A stretch of DNA of 64,000 nucleotides, taken from a virus. The position numbers and the translations under genes were made by a program. The stretch is from IMG/VR virus record IMGVR_UViG_3300021141_000001; one strand, written 5' to 3'. The first letter of the stretch is position 1, and each line of letters starts with the position of its first letter. Under the pieces are notes generated by a model. The model was not told the DNA's origin. It searched no databases and worked only from the letters and a program-made list of their open reading frames with translations. Shown one piece after another: positions 9,638 to 18,489 of the stretch.

Positions 9638-10510
9638 TTAGAAACAAGAAAGATATCTTTCTCCTCTATCACATAATATAGTAATGATGTTACCCTCCAT
9701 ATCTGGGTATTTTTCTAACAATCTTTCTGATGCTAAAATATTAGCACCTGAACTAATACCAACAAATAAACCTTGTTCTTTAGATAATCTTTTAGCTCTT
9801 TCTTTAGCTTCTTCAGTTGATATTATAATAATATCATCTACTTCTTTTAGGTTAACCATGAATTTAGAACCATCACCAATTCCTTGAATACCGTGAAGTC
9901 CTGGTTCACCACCTGACATAACTGGTGATTCTGCTGGTTCAACAGCCACAACTTTCATAAAAGGATGATACATTTTTAAAAGACGAGTTGTACCCATAAG
10001 AGTACCTCCAGTTCCTGTTCCATCTACAAAAGCCGCAATTTGATTTTCGTGTTGGTGTAGGATCTCAACACCCGTTCCCTCATAGTGAGCTTGTATATTT
10101 AGTGGATTGTGAAATTGATTAGGATTAAAGTAACCATTCTCTAAAGCCATTTTATCTCTTAAAGCAATTGCGTCATCAAATTTACCATCTGGTACTTCAA
10201 TAAGTTCAGCGCCATAAAGTCTTAACATTTGTTTTCTTTCTTCACTCATATTAGCTGGCATAATGATTATACATTTATAACCTCTTTCTGCTGCTAAGAA
10301 AGCAAAAGCAATTCCTGAGTTTCCAGATGTTGCCTCAATAATAGTATCACCTTTTTTAATAAGATTATTTGATTCAGCATGATTTATAATATAGGAAGCC
10401 ATTCTATCTTTTATTGAACCACTTGGATTTTGACCTTCAAACTTTGCGAAGATTCTTTCTGAGATTTTAATTAATGGTGTTTGACCAACGGTTTTAGATA
10501 GATTTGACAT
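9638..10510 (-). CDS. cysK: Cysteine synthase (O-acetylserine sulfhydrylase, CysK/CysM family)
   Basis: PLP-lysine motif NPSGSIKDR, EATSGNSG, GTGTGGT, IQGIG, GISSG. Confidence 0.92.
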   Translation of the reverse strand: MSNLSKTVGQTPLIKISERIFAKFEGQNPSGSIKDRMASYIINHAESNNLIKKGDTIIEATSGNSGIAFAFLAAERGYKCIIIMPANMSEERKQMLRLYGAELIEVPDGKFDDAIALRDKMALENGYFNPNQFHNPLNIQAHYEGTGVEILHQHENQIAAFVDGTGTGGTLMGTTRLLKMYHPFMKVVAVEPAESPVMSGGEPGLHGIQGIGDGSKFMVNLKEVDDIIIISTEEAKERAKRLSKEQGLFVGISSGANILASERLLEKYPDMEGNIITILCDRGERYLSCF

Positions 10511-10593
10511 TTAGAATAGTTATTTTTATGTTTTATATATTAGTAACATGTAAGTTTATTTGAAATAAATCACGATTTTTAAAAAAGATTTCA

Positions 10594-10601
10594 TATATTT
10601 G
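10594..10601 (+). promoter_or_regulatory. Bacteroidota -7 promoter element
   Basis: TATATTTG 8 nt before the ATG at the head of a long + strand cluster. Confidence 0.65.
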
Positions 10602-10608
10602 TATAATT

Positions 10609-11217
10609 ATGAGACATGAAAAACAAAACATATTCTTTATAAGTGACTTACACGTTGGTCATAAAAACGTCCTCAAGTTTGATGGACGACCTTTTGCTGA
10701 TGTTGATGAGATGCATGTAGAATTAATAAAAAACTGGAACTCAGTAGTAGGTCCAGAAGATACAGTTTATTTCTTAGGTGATTTATCATTTTCTCGTGAT
10801 GAATTGACAAAGTGGTTTATTTATTCACTACAAGGTAAGATTCACTTTATTTTGGGTAACCACGATAAAATGAGTCATATTCAGAAGTTTGGTAGATGGG
10901 AAAGTGTACACGAATCTTATACTGAGATTGGTATTTTAGATCCAGAGTCTCTTGAATCAAGAGGTTCACAAGGTTATCAAAAGATAATCTTATCACACTA
11001 TCCAATTTTAAGTTGGAACAAAGCACATCACGGTTCTTGGCACTTACACGGTCACTGTCACGGTTCATTGATTAAAAGTCAACAAGAGTATTACAAAAGA
11101 AAAGTAATGGATGTTGGTTGTAACGTGATTGATTATACACCTATCTCCTATGAAAAAGTTAAAGGTATAATGGTTAAAAAAAATATATCTGCCGTAGACC
11201 ATCATGGAGAAGATTAA
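10609..11217 (+). CDS. Calcineurin-like metallophosphoesterase
   Basis: SDLHVGH, LGD, GNHD, HYP, HGHCH motifs. Confidence 0.9.
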   Translation: MRHEKQNIFFISDLHVGHKNVLKFDGRPFADVDEMHVELIKNWNSVVGPEDTVYFLGDLSFSRDELTKWFIYSLQGKIHFILGNHDKMSHIQKFGRWESVHESYTEIGILDPESLESRGSQGYQKIILSHYPILSWNKAHHGSWHLHGHCHGSLIKSQQEYYKRKVMDVGCNVIDYTPISYEKVKGIMVKKNISAVDHHGED

Positions 11218-11392
11218 GATGAAAGAATTGGAAACTAAATTAGCTCATTACAAGATGATTGTTAACTCTAATTATGGTGAAAACTCAAGACTAGTAACAG
11301 ATGTTTACTCTGAAGTTTTTAAGTTGAGAGATAAGATTCGTACTGTAAAAATTAGAAAAAGTAAAATAAAAAACTTATTCAATGGAAGATAG
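11204..11392 (+). CDS. Small RxxK-tagged protein carrying a family-B DNA polymerase motif-B-like peptide
   Basis: YKMIVNSNYG (KxxxNSxYG) followed by IRKSKIKNLF. Confidence 0.6.
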   Translation: MEKIKMKELETKLAHYKMIVNSNYGENSRLVTDVYSEVFKLRDKIRTVKIRKSKIKNLFNGR

Positions 11393-11711
11393 ATGGGATT
11401 GTATGAAAGTTGTTTGTATTAAAGAATACAAAACTATTAAAGTTGGTAGTCATTACTCTATCAAAGGTAGAGGTGATTTATCATGTAATGCTGATCCAGA
11501 AGTTGAAGAAAGAAAAGGATATGGTTTCTGTATTGAAGATGATATTTATGGATCCTACTCTGGTAGAAAAGATTGGTGGAATTTATCACATAATGAAAGA
11601 ATTAAATGGTATTATTTTACTGAACAAGAAATGTCAGAATACTTTATCACAGAAGATGAAGATTATAAAGCTTATCGTAGAAACGAAATAATAAAACAAG
11701 TATTAAACTAA
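11382..11711 (+). CDS. Hypothetical protein with C-terminal RxxK-type tag
   Basis: Ends RRNEIIKQVLN. Confidence 0.6.
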   Translation: MEDRWDCMKVVCIKEYKTIKVGSHYSIKGRGDLSCNADPEVEERKGYGFCIEDDIYGSYSGRKDWWNLSHNERIKWYYFTEQEMSEYFITEDEDYKAYRRNEIIKQVLN

Positions 11712-11713
11712 AT

Positions 11714-12583
11714 ATGAAAGACGTAAAAGGATTTTGTAAATTGATGGATATAAGTGTGCCGGATTACGCACATTTTGATTATTATATTAATCAATTCTCA
11801 AAATTAGAAAGATGGAAAAACATCAAAGACTTAATTAAACTTTATGAAGAAGCCGAAGAAAAGTATGGTGAACTTTATGAATATAGATTAAAGAAGTCAA
11901 ATGAAATTATTGATTACTTGAAGAAAACAAGAGCTTACAATGAACTTCAAGATGATAATTTATTGCCTGACCTACCGACAACTAAGAATTTTGAATATTC
12001 AGAAGATAAGAAATATATCTCAATTGATATTAATAAAGCCAATTGGGTAGTTCTTAAAAATTATGACCCTGAATTTGCGCCTGAACTTGGTGATTCTTAT
12101 GATGATTTTATTGCTAAGTTTGATGTTCCTGAAATATTCAATCACTCAAAACAATTGAGACAATATATTTTTGGTAATATCAATCCAAAAAGACAAGGTA
12201 AAGCTCAAAGAGTTATAACTGAAAGATTATTAAATAGATATAAGCATCTAAATTTAGAAATTGCTTGTGTTAAAAACGATGAGGTTATTTATTCTTTTGA
12301 TAGTTTTGACCAAATTAACGAAATACTGACTACTGTTGATAAAAGTTTATTTAAAACTAAACTTTTCACTGTAAAAAGAATAGAAGATTTCCGAATCAAT
12401 ACATATTTATCTGAGACTGGTAAAGGGCTATACAAAGAAATGGTAGGGTGTAATGGTAATCTATTTTTCTTATATCTAAAGAAATATGTTTTGAATGAAA
12501 CACTTGACATAAGAGATTTATATTTCAAAATGGATGGTAATCTTGCTATCTGGAATGTTGAAGGATTAAAAGTAAGTTTATAA
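11714..12583 (+). CDS. Hypothetical protein
   Basis: 289-aa ORF in operon; no recognised motif. Confidence 0.6.
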   Translation: MKDVKGFCKLMDISVPDYAHFDYYINQFSKLERWKNIKDLIKLYEEAEEKYGELYEYRLKKSNEIIDYLKKTRAYNELQDDNLLPDLPTTKNFEYSEDKKYISIDINKANWVVLKNYDPEFAPELGDSYDDFIAKFDVPEIFNHSKQLRQYIFGNINPKRQGKAQRVITERLLNRYKHLNLEIACVKNDEVIYSFDSFDQINEILTTVDKSLFKTKLFTVKRIEDFRINTYLSETGKGLYKEMVGCNGNLFFLYLKKYVLNETLDIRDLYFKMDGNLAIWNVEGLKVSL

Positions 12584-12586
12584 TCT

Positions 12587-12853
12587 ATGTCACAGAGCAG
12601 TACATCCGTTAACATTTACTATGGAAAAGACAAAAAATTAATGGAGTCTTTCCCTATTGAAATTGGAAGAAAAATATCGTCAATAGATGATGCTAGATTT
12701 TTGATAATAAATCATTTAGATAGTTTTTACGTTGATGTTAAATATAAGATTAATGTCTTTTCTACATTTGATGGTGAAACAACTATCAATTTGTTTTTTG
12801 AAGAAGATATTTCTTTGAACAGAGAGCTTTTATTAAGAAAAATATTAGAATAA
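12587..12853 (+). CDS. Hypothetical protein with C-terminal RxxK-type tag variant
   Basis: Ends NRELLLRKILE. Confidence 0.55.
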   Translation: MSQSSTSVNIYYGKDKKLMESFPIEIGRKISSIDDARFLIINHLDSFYVDVKYKINVFSTFDGETTINLFFEEDISLNRELLLRKILE

Positions 12854-13473
12854 TGATAGATATATTTGATAAAAAACCCATTGATTTGACAAAAGTAGTT
12901 TGTCACTCTGGTGGCGCACCTGGTGCTGATACTGTTTGGGAAAACGATGGTGATCCATATGGTGTCCAAACTAGAGCTTACTCTTATAAAACACCTAAGC
13001 ACATATCACCTAACAAGGTTGAAATTTCAGATGATGATTACAAAGAAGGTGTAGTGGAAGTTAACAAGGCTAATAAGTGGCTTAATCGTTACGGAATTCA
13101 TAAGTATATGAATCTCTTGGCTCGCAACTGGGCTCAAGTGAAATACTCTGAACAGATTTTTGCTATTGGAACTATTATTAAACCTGGTGATAAAAGCACT
13201 AGGGGTTACTACAATAAAGGTAAGTATGATATGGTTGATGGTGGTACAGGATATGCTGTGATGATGGGTATTAATAACAATAGAGAAGTTTTTGTTTTTG
13301 ATCAAATTAGAGATAAGTGGTTTAGGTGGTCTTACTCAACACTTCAATTTGTTGAAATGAAAGAAGTTCCTACTATTGATGTTCAAAACTTTGCTGGTAT
13401 TGGAACAAGAGAAATTCAACCAAATGGTGTAAAAGCCATTAAAGATGTATATGAAAAAACATTTAAAAAATAA
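12853..13473 (+). CDS. SLOG/DprA-YspA-like nucleotide-binding protein
   Basis: HSGGAPGAD, LARN and GGTGYAV motifs. Confidence 0.6.
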   Translation: MIDIFDKKPIDLTKVVCHSGGAPGADTVWENDGDPYGVQTRAYSYKTPKHISPNKVEISDDDYKEGVVEVNKANKWLNRYGIHKYMNLLARNWAQVKYSEQIFAIGTIIKPGDKSTRGYYNKGKYDMVDGGTGYAVMMGINNNREVFVFDQIRDKWFRWSYSTLQFVEMKEVPTIDVQNFAGIGTREIQPNGVKAIKDVYEKTFKK

Positions 13474-13482
13474 AAACTTAAA

Positions 13483-13950
13483 ATGAAAACTATCTTAACA
13501 AAAGAAGGAAAAATAAAACTTCAAGAAGAATTAAATTTCCTATTGACAGTTGAAAAAAATCGAGTGATAAATGAGCTATCAGAAGCTCGTGAAAGTGGTA
13601 CATTAGAAGAAAATACACAATACTTAATTGCTAAAGAAGAGTATGAGAAGGTTCAAAAGAAAATTGAAAAGCTACAATCTTTCTTAGCAAATTCAACTGT
13701 TGTTGATGTGGCTGATATTAAAACTGACAAAGTTGCCATTTTTACAACAGTAAAAGTTTTAAATACTACTAATAGTAAAGAAATGATATTTAAGATTGTT
13801 CCAGAGAATGAAATTGATATCAAAGTAAGTAAAATATCAACAAGTAGTCCAATTGGTGCTGGTTTACTTGGAAAATCTCTAAACGAGGTTTGTGAGGTTA
13901 AAACACCAGCTGGTACATTCAGTTTTAAAATTTTAGAAATAAGTATATGA
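13483..13950 (+). CDS. greA: Transcription elongation factor GreA/GreB family
   Basis: LTKEG..KL..EL, AR.SG.L.EN..Y..AK, IS..SPIGAGLLGK, TPAG; first acidic tip residue is T. Confidence 0.9.
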   Translation: MKTILTKEGKIKLQEELNFLLTVEKNRVINELSEARESGTLEENTQYLIAKEEYEKVQKKIEKLQSFLANSTVVDVADIKTDKVAIFTTVKVLNTTNSKEMIFKIVPENEIDIKVSKISTSSPIGAGLLGKSLNEVCEVKTPAGTFSFKILEISI

Positions 13951-14348
13951 GAATAAGTTTTGATTTTGATGGAACATTAGTAGACGAGTTTGGTGGTCAT
14001 CCTTCAAATAGTCAAAAAGACGAAATTCAAGGACTGGCTAAGAAATATCTTAGTGAAGGACATGAAGTAATTATTATTACTAAACGATTTGGACCTGAGA
14101 ACTCTGATAAAGGTATTAAGAATGAACACTTAGAAGTTCAACATTTGGCTAAAAAATTAGGCATTGAAAAGATTTACTTTACTAATCGTGAAATGAAGTT
14201 TTCATATATTATCAATTTAGGTGTTGATAGACATTTTGAAAATGACGACTATGAAGTTCAATTGATTAATCAAGTTTGTAAAGAAAAAGGTCATAACTGT
14301 TTGGTTGTGCCTGTAGAAGATGCTTACTGGAGAGATTTAGTTTATTAA
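13947..14348 (+). CDS. HAD-superfamily phosphatase
   Basis: ISFDFDGTL motif I, IITKR motif II, HFEND motif IV. Confidence 0.75.
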   Translation: MRISFDFDGTLVDEFGGHPSNSQKDEIQGLAKKYLSEGHEVIIITKRFGPENSDKGIKNEHLEVQHLAKKLGIEKIYFTNREMKFSYIINLGVDRHFENDDYEVQLINQVCKEKGHNCLVVPVEDAYWRDLVY

Positions 14349-14359
14349 AGAATATTATT

Positions 14360-14752
14360 ATGATACAATTACCTACTAAAATATATGTTGATAATTCACC
14401 TGTTCATGGGTTGGGTGTATTTGCTAAAGAAAAAATTAACGAAGGTGAGCTAATTGAAGAATGTACAATATTAACTTTACCTATCCAGAAAGGTGAGGAT
14501 TCTAATCTATTTATAGATTACAGATTTAACTTTCCATCTGGTTTGGAATGGGAAGAACAAGTTTTGGTAATGGGTTGTGGTGGTATTTACAATCACTCTA
14601 ACACACCAAATGCTCATTGGTATTCTAATAATGAAAAAAGAACTTTTTGCTTTGTTGCTTTAAGAGATATTGAAGTTGGTGAAGAAATATTTACCTTCTA
14701 TGGTGATGAGTCCTACTGGAATGATGGTAGAACATACATTGATGTTAAATGA
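14360..14752 (+). CDS. SET-domain methyltransferase
   Basis: SPVHGLGVFA, YNHSNTPNA, ALRDIEVGEEIFTFYG. Confidence 0.9.
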   Translation: MIQLPTKIYVDNSPVHGLGVFAKEKINEGELIEECTILTLPIQKGEDSNLFIDYRFNFPSGLEWEEQVLVMGCGGIYNHSNTPNAHWYSNNEKRTFCFVALRDIEVGEEIFTFYGDESYWNDGRTYIDVK

Positions 14753-15141
14753 CAAAAGAAGAATTCATACTATTTATTGAAGATTTAGGATTTACTCAGA
14801 CTTGGATGTCTAAATCAAATGGATATTCTTTAGCAACTGATTCCGCTGATCCAGCGTATAAAGTTATTGGTAATCCTAATCAAAATTTGATGGCTTTTGC
14901 TGACCAATTAAAAATCACATTAGATGATGAAAGAGGAATTGCTCAACTTTCATTATCACAAATGAGTACTCATATGATGGCTGGTAAGAATTTTGGAAAT
15001 TTTCAATTATCAACATTTGGTAATGATGGTGATTTTCAATTAGAGATATTTATGAGTTTTGTAAAAGGTGCTTTTAAGAAACCACCTAATAATATTATTC
15101 AATATATGAGAGATAAAAAAATTAGGGATATATTAAAATAA
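14749..15141 (+). CDS. Hypothetical protein with C-terminal RxxK tag
   Basis: Ends MRDKKIRDILK. Confidence 0.6.
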   Translation: MTKEEFILFIEDLGFTQTWMSKSNGYSLATDSADPAYKVIGNPNQNLMAFADQLKITLDDERGIAQLSLSQMSTHMMAGKNFGNFQLSTFGNDGDFQLEIFMSFVKGAFKKPPNNIIQYMRDKKIRDILK

Positions 15142-15145
15142 TTTT

Positions 15146-15162
15146 TATATTTGTAATATATA
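15146..15162 (+). promoter_or_regulatory. Tandem host-type (-7 TATATTTG) and late-type (TAATATATA) promoter elements
   Basis: TATATTTG 15146-15153 abutting TAATATATA 15154-15162. Confidence 0.55.
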
Positions 15163-15167
15163 GATTA

Positions 15168-15650
15168 ATGATTAAATTTAGTGAAATGATTAATGAGGAA
15201 GTGAGTAGCGGTGTTTTTAAGCTAGGTTTAGATATACACGGAGTTGTAGATGCGATGCCTGAGTTCTTTTCATTTCTAACAGATTCATTTGTTAAAAATG
15301 GCGGAGAAGTTCATTTAATTACAGGTGGTCATTGGGATGAGAATTTTGAAAAACAATTAAATGAATTTGGTGTTAAATGGACACACAAGTTTTCTGTTTA
15401 TGACCACTTAATTGAAACTGGTGCTGGTATAACTGGTGAGATTCAGTTTCCAGATGGTACAATTCAAAAGAAATTTGAAGATGGACTTTGGGATCATGTT
15501 AAAGCAGACTATTGTAAACAAAATAACATTTCATTACATATTGATGATACTTTAATCTACAATGATTTTTTTCAAACACCATTTGCCAGATTGTGGTCAC
15601 ACAACCAAAAACCTAAGGCATCACATAAAGATGTCAGACACTTAGACTAA
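15168..15650 (+). CDS. HAD-like protein with capsid-targeting-like leader
   Basis: LGLDIHGVVD, LITG, HIDD; N-terminus MIKFSEMINEE. Confidence 0.65.
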   Translation: MIKFSEMINEEVSSGVFKLGLDIHGVVDAMPEFFSFLTDSFVKNGGEVHLITGGHWDENFEKQLNEFGVKWTHKFSVYDHLIETGAGITGEIQFPDGTIQKKFEDGLWDHVKADYCKQNNISLHIDDTLIYNDFFQTPFARLWSHNQKPKASHKDVRHLD

Positions 15651-16132
15651 TGATAAACAAGATTAATAAATTTTTTGAATTTGAACCCTTTGAAAGTAAG
15701 ATGAAAAAGTCGGCTGGTGTTATTATTATTTTAAATAATGAAAAAATATTACTTTGTCATCCATCAAATAATGATAAATGGTTTGGTTCTTACTCTTTTC
15801 CAAAAGGCGGTATTGATGAAGGTGAAACTATTAAACAAGCTGCTTTAAGAGAGTTGTTTGAAGAGACATCTGTGAAAATTAATGATAGTATGCTTTCTGG
15901 AGAGCCACTAGTTCTTGATTATATGAACTATAAAAAGAAAGGTGTTGTTTATAAAAGAATATATTTATTTACTTTATACATTACTGACATTTCTGAAATT
16001 GGATTAGACTCAGAAGTTATTCCAAGTGATAAACTTCCTTTTGGTGAAATAGATTGGGCTGGCTTTATACCTAAAGAAGAAGCCAAGTTAAGATTGTTTC
16101 ACAGAAGTGTTCCTATGTTAGATAAGATATAA
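15650..16132 (+). CDS. NUDIX hydrolase
   Basis: Nudix box GGIDEGETIKQAALRELFEETS. Confidence 0.88.
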   Translation: MINKINKFFEFEPFESKMKKSAGVIIILNNEKILLCHPSNNDKWFGSYSFPKGGIDEGETIKQAALRELFEETSVKINDSMLSGEPLVLDYMNYKKKGVVYKRIYLFTLYITDISEIGLDSEVIPSDKLPFGEIDWAGFIPKEEAKLRLFHRSVPMLDKI

Positions 16133-16176
16133 ACAAATCTTGTCTTTTTGGTATAAATAAAAAATAAACTTTATTT

Positions 16177-16608
16177 ATGCCTTTACCGTTTTTTACTAAT
16201 CCAAATAATAGTCCACTATCATCAGCTCTTAATAGTAATATTCCTATTGCTATGAATTATCAACTTGAAGAAAAGATTGAGTTGGATTTGAATAATCCTA
16301 TATTTGTGGCTTATGTTAATACAAGTAATCTAACAAGACAAGCCGCAGAAGAACATCTTTATAGAACTAAAAAAATATTTGATGTTTATAAAAATATCAC
16401 TATTTGGGTAATTGCTTCGAATGAAACTAAAATAGAGTGTGTTTATGATGGTCAATGTAGAACTCGTGATATAGAAATAAGTGACTTAATAAAGGAGATA
16501 AATACAAGGATAGATATAATGGCTAACTCACATTCTTTTGATGATTTCAAAATTAACATCAGAGATTGGAGATTAAGCGAAATAATAAATGGCACTGAGG
16601 AAAAATAA
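16177..16608 (+). CDS. RxxK-tagged protein with a T4-type portal-like peptide
   Basis: IFVAYVNTSNLTRQAAEEHL; ends IRDWRLSEIING. Confidence 0.55.
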   Translation: MPLPFFTNPNNSPLSSALNSNIPIAMNYQLEEKIELDLNNPIFVAYVNTSNLTRQAAEEHLYRTKKIFDVYKNITIWVIASNETKIECVYDGQCRTRDIEISDLIKEINTRIDIMANSHSFDDFKINIRDWRLSEIINGTEEK

Positions 16609-16966
16609 AATAGAAATACTTGATAGAATAATTACTAAGGCTGAACTTGGTGATGATTACTATTGGAGTTATTGGTATGATGATGAGTGGGATGATTATC
16701 ACGATGGTTACTGTGATTGTTATATGTGTATGCCTGTTGATTATGATTATCTACCAGAAGAATTTCAACCTAAAGCAGTAACACATATAAGCAAAAGAGG
16801 TATAAGAATAACACAACATACTCATTCTCCTGGTAAATTAATAGATATGACTTCTATTTACTCTAAAGAAGTTCTTAGACAAAAAAGAATCAACCATATT
16901 TTAGGGATAGAGTCAATAGAACATTCTCGTCCAACTTTAGGAGATATTTTGAATATTAAAAAATAA
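16589..16966 (+). CDS. Hypothetical acidic/aromatic protein with RxxK tag
   Basis: DDYYWSYWYDDEWDDY, CDCYMC, LRQKRINHILG. Confidence 0.6.
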   Translation: MALRKNKIEILDRIITKAELGDDYYWSYWYDDEWDDYHDGYCDCYMCMPVDYDYLPEEFQPKAVTHISKRGIRITQHTHSPGKLIDMTSIYSKEVLRQKRINHILGIESIEHSRPTLGDILNIKK

Positions 16967-16978
16967 TCCTTATCTTTG
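16948..16978 (+). promoter_or_regulatory. Bacteroidota-type primary sigma promoter
   Basis: TTTG 16948-16951, 19-nt spacer, TATCTTTG 16971-16978. Confidence 0.75.
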
Positions 16979-16996
16979 TATAACAAATTAAAAAAT

Positions 16997-17137
16997 ATGG
17001 ATATAACAGCAGTAGTTTCAGATGTTCTTGATAACCAAGATTTAAATGTTAGTAATGTTAGTGACTTTCTTCAGATGGCTGAGGAATATAAGTATCAACT
17101 TTTAATGGAAGAGTTGAATCAAGAGTTAAACTCTTAA
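16997..17137 (+). CDS. Small acidic protein (46 aa); not in ORF track
   Basis: MDITAVVSDVLDNQDLNVSNVSDFLQMAEEYKYQLLMEELNQELNS; directly behind a full host-type promoter and fills the gap before the tRNA. Confidence 0.6.
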   Translation: MDITAVVSDVLDNQDLNVSNVSDFLQMAEEYKYQLLMEELNQELNS

Positions 17138-17143
17138 AAATAA

Positions 17144-17214
17144 GGTCGGGTGACCGAGTGTTTAGGTGAAGGTTCGCAAAACCTTTTACGGTGGTTAAAA
17201 TCCATCCCCGACCT
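17144..17214 (+). tRNA. tRNA-Cys(GCA), atypical; CCA not encoded
   Basis: Acceptor GGTCGGG/CCCGACC, anticodon stem AAGGT/ACCTT with loop TCGCAAA, T stem GGTGG/CCATC, discriminator U73. Confidence 0.85.
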
Positions 17215-17234
17215 CTAAAAATTAAAAATGTATA

Positions 17235-17834
17235 ATGGCAAATAAATTTGTATCCAGTACTCTATCCTTAGATGATTTAAGGATGGAGTTTAGAAATTTT
17301 AAATTAAAATCAATCAATAATGAAATTGAGTTCAAGATTTCAGACTCAATGATTGATGAAAATAAAGAGTTGTTAACTTTTATAACTGATACTTTTCCAA
17401 ATGATATCATTACAGGTTCACTTGCTCTTAAACTATTTGGTTTAATTAGTAGAAAAAGTAACGATGTTGATATCTTAATTAAAGATAAAAATCGTTATGA
17501 TAAATATATTCTTGATGGTTATGATGATGAATTTACAACTCCTAATCGTTTAGGTTACAAACCATTTAAATATAAAAAAGGAATTTTTTCAAAAGAAGTA
17601 GAATATAATGTTGATTTCTTTGAGGATAAAAATGTTTCTTTTCTTGAGTTTACTATTGATATTAGTACAACATTTCATTCTAATATTAAAAAAATTAAAA
17701 TTCATAACCCTTTAGAGATTATGGATTATAAATTAGGTATTTTTGCTAATCCTAAAGTTGGTAGAACAACAGGTAGAAAACACAACGAAGATTTGACTCA
17801 AATTTTTAGTCAAGCTCCTTGGCAAGTTAAATAG
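17235..17834 (+). CDS. Pol-beta-superfamily nucleotidyltransferase-like protein
   Basis: IITGSLAL....RKSNDVDILI (GS...DxD) and later VDFF. Confidence 0.65.
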   Translation: MANKFVSSTLSLDDLRMEFRNFKLKSINNEIEFKISDSMIDENKELLTFITDTFPNDIITGSLALKLFGLISRKSNDVDILIKDKNRYDKYILDGYDDEFTTPNRLGYKPFKYKKGIFSKEVEYNVDFFEDKNVSFLEFTIDISTTFHSNIKKIKIHNPLEIMDYKLGIFANPKVGRTTGRKHNEDLTQIFSQAPWQVK

Positions 17835-17841
17835 TTTTCCT

Positions 17842-17849
17842 TATCTTTG
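17842..17849 (+). promoter_or_regulatory. Bacteroidota -7 promoter element
   Basis: TATCTTTG just before the ATG at 17854. Confidence 0.55.
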
Positions 17850-17853
17850 TGTT

Positions 17854-18489
17854 ATGGCAAAGTACCTCAATTATCGTTATATCTTTCCTCCACGTCCAAA
17901 GAATGCTATTCCTGATACGGAATTAGAATTCTGGGATAATGGTTCTTTAATTGCTCAGCCAAAACTCAATGGTTCAAATTGCGTTATCTTTACAAATGGT
18001 GTTAAGACCATTGTAATGAATCGTCATAATCAAAGACTTACTAACTTTAATATCTCTGATAATGAAATCAAAGATATTTATCGTGGTGAAGGTTGGATGA
18101 TTTTGAATGGTGAGTATATGAATAAGTCTAAATCAGACGAAAACAATCAAGTATTTAATCATAAGTTTGTAATCTTTGATATTCTTGGATATAATGGTGA
18201 TTATCTTGTTGGTAAAACATTTGAAGAAAGAATTATATTACTTGATGAATTATATGGTCAGATTGATTCTGATAAAGAATATCTTTTCAAAGTAACAGAA
18301 AATGTTTATCGAGTGAAATCTTATTTAGTAGATTTCAAAGGTATTTTTGATAAATTGAGTCCAATTGATATGATTGAGGGTTTAGTGATGAAACGTAAGA
18401 ATGCTCGCTTAGAATTGGGTACTTCTGAGAATAATAATACCAAGAGTCAATTGAAATGTCGAAAAGCAACAAAAAATTATAAATATTAA
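17854..18489 (+). CDS. ATP-dependent ligase adenylation-domain protein (RNA/DNA ligase-like, no OB domain)
   Basis: Motif I QPKLNG, motif III LNGEY, motif IIIa FVIFDIL, motif IV EGLVMK, terminal K.R. Confidence 0.75.
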   Translation: MAKYLNYRYIFPPRPKNAIPDTELEFWDNGSLIAQPKLNGSNCVIFTNGVKTIVMNRHNQRLTNFNISDNEIKDIYRGEGWMILNGEYMNKSKSDENNQVFNHKFVIFDILGYNGDYLVGKTFEERIILLDELYGQIDSDKEYLFKVTENVYRVKSYLVDFKGIFDKLSPIDMIEGLVMKRKNARLELGTSENNNTKSQLKCRKATKNYKY

